Source: a bacterium (GTDB taxonomy: Bacteria > Arandabacterota > Arandabacteria > Arandabacterales > JALGWA01). From it: DNA of 43,604 nucleotides. Position 1 is the first letter of the stretch; each line of letters begins with the position of its first letter. Shown piece by piece: positions 39,001 to 43,604 of the stretch. The position numbers were made by a program, and so were the translations under genes. Location of the stretch: assembly GCA_050125095.1 (NCBI GenBank), contig JASFEA010000008.1:1-43604 (forward strand), given 5' to 3'. The notes beneath the pieces were generated by a model. It was not told the DNA's origin, made no database searches, and worked only from the letters and a program-made list of their open reading frames with translations.

Positions 39001-39256
39001 ACGGGGCGGCTTCCGGGGAATCACCGGCCGCAGGGCCCTCCGGCCCGGTTATACCGGCGCGGCCCGCGGGATACAGGGTGATGCTCGAAGGAGTGAGATT
39101 GCCGTGAACCCTGCCCCTATTGTGCAGGTCTTCCAGCGCCGAGGTTACAGACAGGGCTATGTCGACGGCCTCATCCACCCCGATAGGTCCTGTGCGGATC
39201 CTATCCCGGGCGGTCTGACCCCGGCCTTGCTCGCTCCGGAACTCCTCTCGGGACAT
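36098..39256 (-). CDS. Ser/Thr protein kinase with degenerate N-terminal kinase module, TM helix and TPR array
   Basis: LGEGGMGVVY, VALK, HRDIKPSN, DFG, YMSPEQ; ~10 LNNLA..GKY.EAEPLY repeats; start 39256 or 39280. Confidence 0.92.
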   Translation of the reverse strand: MSREEFRSEQGRGQTARDRIRTGPIGVDEAVDIALSVTSALEDLHNRGRVHGNLTPSSITLYPAGRAGITGPEGPAAGDSPEAAPYMSPEQVAGEGIDSRTDIWSLGAVLYEMLAGRRPYEGKSRGDMARAFEQTQPPPLAVLRGGLPSDLVRIVSGCLEKNPRDRFRSAADLARELGRLKREMAASGVKVLPAEAAHADPHAPTERGSKGAPEVIAGYRIVRKLGEGGMGVVYEAEQERPHRPVALKVIRGGAFVDEHRVRLFQREIETLGRLRHPGIAAIYDAGCTENGQHFFAMELVRGVPLHDFLMAHPIDKHDPRPGIRARLGLFLQICDAINYAHQRGVIHRDIKPSNILVTTAGAKPLAPGDDSGSSIWPGTRVKILDFGLARMTDSDVNLTTVVTHAGSVQGTLPYMSPEQARGNPDEIDLRSDVYSLGILLYEMLTGRTPCDVRDAAIHEAVRAICEDEPPRPSSILRALRGDLETIALKALEKEPARRYQSASALGEDLERYLRDEAILARPPSAAYQFRKLVARHKGPFIFAAILFCVITLFAITMSIMFGLQRQQKLRADAEREKAEHTTEFIRDMLASVDPEHAQGQEVTVRMVLDEAAENVETGLADQLEVKAAVQTTIGDTYKALGLFDEAEIHLRAALAARREVLGDSHIDVANSLNSLAVVLYEKGEYDEAEALYREALDMNKELLGEHERVAIALNNLALLLKTRGKYDEAEPLYREGLALSRKLYGDEHRIVALNLNNLAVLLKSQGKYAEAEPLYREALEMRLRLHGPDHPKVNVTQNNLAVLLRAQGKYQEAEPLARECLESGKKLYGESHPRVALSLNNLGRILEAQGKYEEAESLYIEALDMSTQVLGRQHPSTATSIRSLARLYRTLGDYEKAERLCRESLALLEAAFGTDHSQVATTRLDLGRILRDSGRNAEAEAEVLLCLDMRRNEYEDGHYRIALAENTLGSILRAQGRYEEAESLLVESSRVIEASPSTSPDEKQAAVAQVVALYEEWERPDRADEYRARQSTYGGQESPESMSQIRRADHIP

Positions 39257-39404
39257 TTGGCAGCCCACCTTCACCAACATCTTACTTGCCGGGCGGCATT
39301 ATTCAAGGGAATATGTACGCGTGACCTGCACGTCCTGCGCATGTCATGCGGGCGCATTACGGGAGCGTGCCGCATGGGCGGTGGGGCGAAGCAAAGGGGG
39401 GAAT

Positions 39405-39647
39405 ATGAATCTGGAGGTGCTGCGGGCCATGCTCGCCTGGTGCACGCTTATAAACCTGGTGATACTCCTCATATGGGGAGTGCTCCTCAGGTGGACCCAT
39501 GACTGGGTGTACGGAATCCACAGCCGGTGGTTCCGCATGCCGGTCGAAAGGTTCGACTCAATCCACTACGGGGCAATCGCGGCGTTCAAGCTCGGTATTC
39601 TGCTCTTCAACCTGGTGCCGTATATCGCCCTCCGCATGGTGAGCTGA
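39405..39647 (+). CDS. small membrane protein (DUF6868-like)
   Basis: WCTLIN...H.RWF....FD.IHY...FKL..LLFNLVPYIAL pattern recalled for this family. Confidence 0.7.
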   Translation: MNLEVLRAMLAWCTLINLVILLIWGVLLRWTHDWVYGIHSRWFRMPVERFDSIHYGAIAAFKLGILLFNLVPYIALRMVS

Positions 39648-39787
39648 GAGCGCGGTTGATAGAAGACAGACGCCGGGGAGATGCGGAATCGGCGGCCCGG
39701 ACCGAAGTAGCGCGGAAGCAGAAGCCCCGGAACGGGGCGGCGCGGACCCGGGTGGAAGCGACCCGTGGCGGAGGCGGGGCCGGCCTG

Positions 39788-39821
39788 AAAAAGAAGAGAG
39801 GGGACGAATCCCCCCATCTTC
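39788..39821 (-). terminator. rho-independent terminator downstream of ferredoxin
   Basis: Minus strand GAAGATGGGGGGA-TTCG-TCCCCTCTCTTC followed by T5. Confidence 0.8.
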
Positions 39822-39838
39822 ATGTCTAGCGCTTCGTA

Positions 39839-40024
39839 CTAGTCTATTTTGATGGCCTCGACAGGGCAGTCGTCGGCGGCCTCTTGAGCGCTGTCTTCGA
39901 GCTCCGGCGGAATGGGATCTACCTTGACCACGGCCACATCGCCCTCCATCTCATAGACTTCGGGGCAGGTCTGGGTGCAGAGTTCGCATCCGCTGCAGAG
40001 ATCTGCATCTACAGTTGCCTTCAT
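39839..40024 (-). CDS. single-cluster ferredoxin
   Basis: CSGCELC...CPEVY...AADDCPVEAI; TGATG coupling to the DHH gene. Confidence 0.92.
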   Translation of the reverse strand: MKATVDADLCSGCELCTQTCPEVYEMEGDVAVVKVDPIPPELEDSAQEAADDCPVEAIKID

Positions 40025-41160
40025 CACTTCACCTCCTCCCTCTTTGTCTTGGATTTTTCTCCATTGCCGGAGTCCCTGACGGGCCCGGCTTCCTGCTTTT
40101 CGCCGGTTACCTGCGGCAGGAGCCTGCTGAGCTCCCCGCTCCCGGGCTTTCCGATAAACTTGAAGAAGTTGGCTATGAGCCTCTTCTCCATCTCGTCGCG
40201 TTCGTCCTCGGTCTTGCCCGTGCAGTCCACCTGGCCTCCCGCAATCATGTCATGGCCCCCGGCCGTCCCGATGGGGCGGACTATCTTGCGGGCGAGAACG
40301 CCTGCACGGCCCTTCTCCCTCGTTGTGCGCAGAGACAGGAGAATCGTATTCTTGTAACGCCCCGTGCACATGCACCAGCTCATGCGATTCAGCGCAATCA
40401 GCATCTCCGCCACGAGGGCGACTATGTCGGGATTATCCACCGCGCCGAGGCTTGTGGCAATAGCATTTTTATAGGTAAGGGCGTTATTTATGGCCCTCGC
40501 CAGGTATGCGAAATGGTCCTTGTCGAGAGCCGGGTGCCTTATCCTGGACAGGGCCTTCTTGTTGGTCTTTGGAAAGAGCGCGATATACGCATTGGTGTCG
40601 GCCTCCGAAGCCTCGCGGCCCAGGTCCTGCGTCTCCGAGCCTATGCCGTAGAAGAGCGCGGTCGCGAGGTTGGACGGGATATCCAGGCCGCTGGCGACGA
40701 GGTACTCGGTCATTATGGTGGCGTTGGCCCCATAATCGGGCCGCACGTCAAGGAATGGCGCCTTCGTTGTCTTTCTCAAGGGATGGTGGTCGATAACCCC
40801 CTTGGCCTTTACACTCCTGGGAAGCGAGTTATTGCCCGTCATGGGCTGAGTGTCTATGAGCACAACCGACTGGTAGCGCTTTATAGTCGATTCGGTGAGC
40901 TTGGCGGTCTGCAGGTGGAGCTGCCGGAGCATGGCCCGATTTTCGGCCCGGCCTATCATGCCGCCATAGCCTATTTTGACTCGTATGCCCGTCAGCTTCG
41001 AAACGATGTACTTGAGGCATGAAGCCGACGCCAGGGCGTCCGGGTCGGGATTGTCATGCGTGAGGATGAGAAGAGACCGGCTGCCCTTGAGCACCCCCAG
41101 GAGCTCTTCGAGCTTCGCCTCGGACGTATCTACTTTGGACACTGGAGTCTGGTTGGCCAA
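40024..41160 (-). CDS. DHH family phosphoesterase (NrnA-like)
   Basis: HDNPDPDALAS, IDHH, GGHDMIAGG; TTG start at 41160 inferred. Confidence 0.88.
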   Translation of the reverse strand: MANQTPVSKVDTSEAKLEELLGVLKGSRSLLILTHDNPDPDALASASCLKYIVSKLTGIRVKIGYGGMIGRAENRAMLRQLHLQTAKLTESTIKRYQSVVLIDTQPMTGNNSLPRSVKAKGVIDHHPLRKTTKAPFLDVRPDYGANATIMTEYLVASGLDIPSNLATALFYGIGSETQDLGREASEADTNAYIALFPKTNKKALSRIRHPALDKDHFAYLARAINNALTYKNAIATSLGAVDNPDIVALVAEMLIALNRMSWCMCTGRYKNTILLSLRTTREKGRAGVLARKIVRPIGTAGGHDMIAGGQVDCTGKTEDERDEMEKRLIANFFKFIGKPGSGELSRLLPQVTGEKQEAGPVRDSGNGEKSKTKREEVK

Positions 41161-41183
41161 ATGCCTTACCCCTTGCGCTGGGA

Positions 41184-41513
41184 CTAGCCTGTCCGGAGTT
41201 TGCGGAACTCGATTTCCTCCCAGGTGCCGGTCGCCTCGTCCCACCTATAGAGCTGGACGCGGTAACTCTTCTCGGTATCTGAATAAACGTATTTTTCCTG
41301 GGTCTCCCCGCCTATCCGCTTCGAGTACTTCATGTGCTTTTCGAGTACGACCGCTTTGGAGGTCCTCTCGAGCTTCATCTTACCGCCGGCGCCCGTGAAT
41401 ATCACAGTCTCGATCTTGGTCCTGCGCTCGGGGATCTCCTCCGTCTTCTTGTCCTCGACCCCGAACTTCTCTTCGATCTCCTCGACGAGGTAATACCACT
41501 TCTCATCTATCAA
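41184..41513 (-). CDS. hypothetical protein
   Basis: GGAGG RBS before TTG 41513; charged globular composition; in line with the DHH gene. Confidence 0.65.
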   Translation of the reverse strand: MIDEKWYYLVEEIEEKFGVEDKKTEEIPERRTKIETVIFTGAGGKMKLERTSKAVVLEKHMKYSKRIGGETQEKYVYSDTEKSYRVQLYRWDEATGTWEEIEFRKLRTG

Positions 41514-41735
41514 GGGCGTATCCTCCTTCCCCGGAAAACTAGCACAGGGCACCGGCCATTTCAAACAGTTTGCTGTAAATTATTGTATTATTGGAAGTTA
41601 TGAATAATAATGACCTTGACGCTGCCTGACAAGTCTTTTCTGGCGGTTCCCCCTGTGTCTGCGGTTAGGCCTTGACTCCGCCCCGGTTTGATGGCAGATT
41701 AAGGCTGGCGGCATCGAAAGCGGGGTGACATAGCG

Positions 41736-42107
41736 ATGTATACTGACAAGGTTATGGATCACTTCATGAACCCGCGCAACGTGGGGGAGATTGAGGGGGC
41801 GGACGGGAGCGGGACCGTCGGCAATCCCGTATGCGGCGACATGATGACCTTTTATATCAAGGTCAAGGATGACCGTATAGAAGATATCAAGTTCAAGACA
41901 TTCGGATGCGGCGCGGCAATCGCGGTGTCGAGCATGGTAAGTGAGATGGCCAAGGGTAAGACTCTGGACGAGGCAATGAAGATCACCAACAAGGACGTGG
42001 CCAAGCAGCTGGACGGGCTGCCCAAGAACAAGATGCATTGCTCGAATCTGGGCGCCGATGCCCTTCATGAGGCCATCAAGGACTACCGTGAGAAAGCGAA
42101 ATCCTGA
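41736..42107 (+). CDS. iscU: Fe-S cluster scaffold IscU/NifU
   Basis: MYTDKVMDHFMNPRNVG, GNPVCGD, FGCGAAIA, KMHCS. Confidence 0.95.
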   Translation: MYTDKVMDHFMNPRNVGEIEGADGSGTVGNPVCGDMMTFYIKVKDDRIEDIKFKTFGCGAAIAVSSMVSEMAKGKTLDEAMKITNKDVAKQLDGLPKNKMHCSNLGADALHEAIKDYREKAKS

Positions 42108-42124
42108 TAGGGGGTCCTGGAGAG

Positions 42125-42310
42125 ATGACTGAAAAGAAATCCTCATCGGATAAGAAGGGTGAAGCCCCCTGCGTGTGTCCTTTCTGCGACGCCCCGGCTG
42201 ACAAGGTCTACCCCTTCTGCAAGTCCTGCGGCAAGGAGCTCAATCGCTGCCCCGGATGCGGCAAGGTGATTCCGCAGGATCAAGATACATGCCCCGATTG
42301 TAAGGGCTAG
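42125..42310 (+). CDS. small double zinc-ribbon protein
   Basis: CPFC, CKSC, CPGC, CPDC in 61 aa; GGAG RBS. Confidence 0.7.
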   Translation: MTEKKSSSDKKGEAPCVCPFCDAPADKVYPFCKSCGKELNRCPGCGKVIPQDQDTCPDCKG

Positions 42311-42360
42311 CGGGTCTCGCCCTCGGGCCCTGAGGTCTGTGAAAATCTAAGGATAGCCAT

Positions 42361-42606
42361 ATGACGGATAAGTGCGACCTCGTGGTCGACCTTTCGGGTG
42401 AGCACTGCCCTTACAGCCTCCTTAAGATCAATGCCGTTTTCAAGGACATGAGAGCCGGCGCGACGGCAGAGATAAGATGCGACAGGAAGTCCATAGTGGA
42501 GGAGATCGAGCGCTGGTGCGCGGGGACCGGCAACGAGGTCGTAAGCGCCGGGACCGGCAAGTCGGGGGGAGTCGAGAGGGTCACCTTGATAGTGAGGAAG
42601 GCATAG
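42361..42606 (+). CDS. TusA-like sulfur carrier
   Basis: VDLSGEHCPYSLLK, IERWC..TGNEV. Confidence 0.8.
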   Translation: MTDKCDLVVDLSGEHCPYSLLKINAVFKDMRAGATAEIRCDRKSIVEEIERWCAGTGNEVVSAGTGKSGGVERVTLIVRKA

Positions 42607-43604
42607 TGGCGGGCGGCGGGCCGGCAAGCGTGCTTAATGCCGGAGTCTGCCTGGGCGGCGGCCGGACAATTGAGCGCGGCTTCGTCTCCTGGTCCGGGGA
42701 TACCCTGACCGCGGTCGGGCCGATGGATGAATACCGCCCCGTGGCCGGCGCCGTGGAGCACGACCTTGGAGGCTGCCTGGTGCTCCCGGGACTCGTGGAC
42801 TGCCATCTTCATCTTGTGGGCTATGCGCGCGCGCTCATAAGGATCGATCTTTCCGGCACCGCCTCACTGGAAGACGGCCTGGGGCTTATAGCCGACTTCA
42901 TATCCCGCCTGCCAAAGGGGGCCTGGCTCAAGGGAAGGGGCTGGGACAAGCAGCGCTGGGGCATGGACGCTTTCCCCGTGCGCGAGATGCTGGACAGGGT
43001 CTCGCCTGAGAACCCCGTGGGGCTCTGGAGCCGCGACGGCCATCTCATGTGGGCCAACTCGCTGGCCATTGAGGCCTCGGGCGCAGAGGACCCCTCGGTC
43101 AGGGTCGACGGCGGCGAAATCGACCGCGACGAGAAGGGGCGCCCTACAGGCATATTCCGGGAGCACGCCGTGCGTCTCATCACCTCCCTCTCGTCGGATG
43201 AGGAAGACGATACGGTATGCCGGGCGATTGAGGAGGCCTGCGGCAGGCTGAGAAGATACGGTCTCACGGGCCTTCATGTGAGCGAGAGCGAGGAGTCATA
43301 CGAGAGGCTGAGAATTGCCCGCGAGCGGGGCATCGTGAACCTCAACCTTTACAATATGCTCGAGACCGAAGACCCCGGCAGGGTCGAAGCGGTAGCCGCG
43401 ACGCCCGGGGTGGACTGCGTCAAGGTGCTTGTAGACGGCGCTCTCGGCTCCCAGACGGCAAGCATGCTGGAGCCTTATTGCGGCAGCGACAGCGTGGGCG
43501 TCACGGCGGTTCCCCGGGACCGGCTGCTGGCTATAGTCAGCGCGGCTATCGCGCACGGCAAGTCACTGGCCGTTCACGCCATAGGCGACAGGGCCAACCG
43601 GGAC
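42606..43604 (+). CDS. amidohydrolase 3 family (YtcJ-like), 3' truncated; absent from the ORF track
   Basis: From GTG 42606: DLGGCLVLPGLVDCHLH, GRGWD, RDGHLMWANS, DGALGSQTA, HAIGDRAN. Confidence 0.88.
   Translation, partial: MAGGGPASVLNAGVCLGGGRTIERGFVSWSGDTLTAVGPMDEYRPVAGAVEHDLGGCLVLPGLVDCHLHLVGYARALIRIDLSGTASLEDGLGLIADFISRLPKGAWLKGRGWDKQRWGMDAFPVREMLDRVSPENPVGLWSRDGHLMWANSLAIEASGAEDPSVRVDGGEIDRDEKGRPTGIFREHAVRLITSLSSDEEDDTVCRAIEEACGRLRRYGLTGLHVSESEESYERLRIARERGIVNLNLYNMLETEDPGRVEAVAATPGVDCVKVLVDGALGSQTASMLEPYCGSDSVGVTAVPRDRLLAIVSAAIAHGKSLAVHAIGDRANRD

Noticed and set aside
42821-43556. Minus-strand ORFs at the window end
   Set aside because: The real gene is the unlisted + strand amidohydrolase from 42606 running off the window

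Overview
GC-rich bacterial window with two parts. 1-21367 is the distal half of a flagellar cluster on the + strand: flgG(partial)-flgA-flgH-flgI-flgJ-flgN-flgK-flgL-fliW-csrA, then a ~7.8 kb glycosylation island (GT9, SAM methyltransferase with coiled coil, multi-domain GT2/GT4/TPR, GT2-TPR), a sigma28-driven short flagellin with a structured leader, fliS-fliD-flgM-like-flbD, and motA followed by two motB paralogs. One motB lacks the essential ion-binding Asp. Downstream lie an HD-GYP/HDOD fusion, glycogen phosphorylase, MATE, PfkB kinase, a TldD with a Tat signal plus TldE/PmbA, an OGG1-type glycosylase, two unrelated secreted proteins ending in the same TWGxIKxMxR motif, a pseudokinase-kinase-TPR receptor, ferredoxin, DHH phosphoesterase, and an iscU/zinc-ribbon/tusA/amidohydrolase unit cut by the window end. 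L- and P-ring genes indicate a diderm; an FCB-related candidate phylum is my guess from recalled motifs, not tested. No rRNA, tRNA, CRISPR or mobile element was seen. Best leads: the Asp-less MotB (possible heterodimeric stator), the TWGxIK C-terminal sorting motif, and the flagellum-linked glycan island. All family calls come from motif recognition, with no database searches run.
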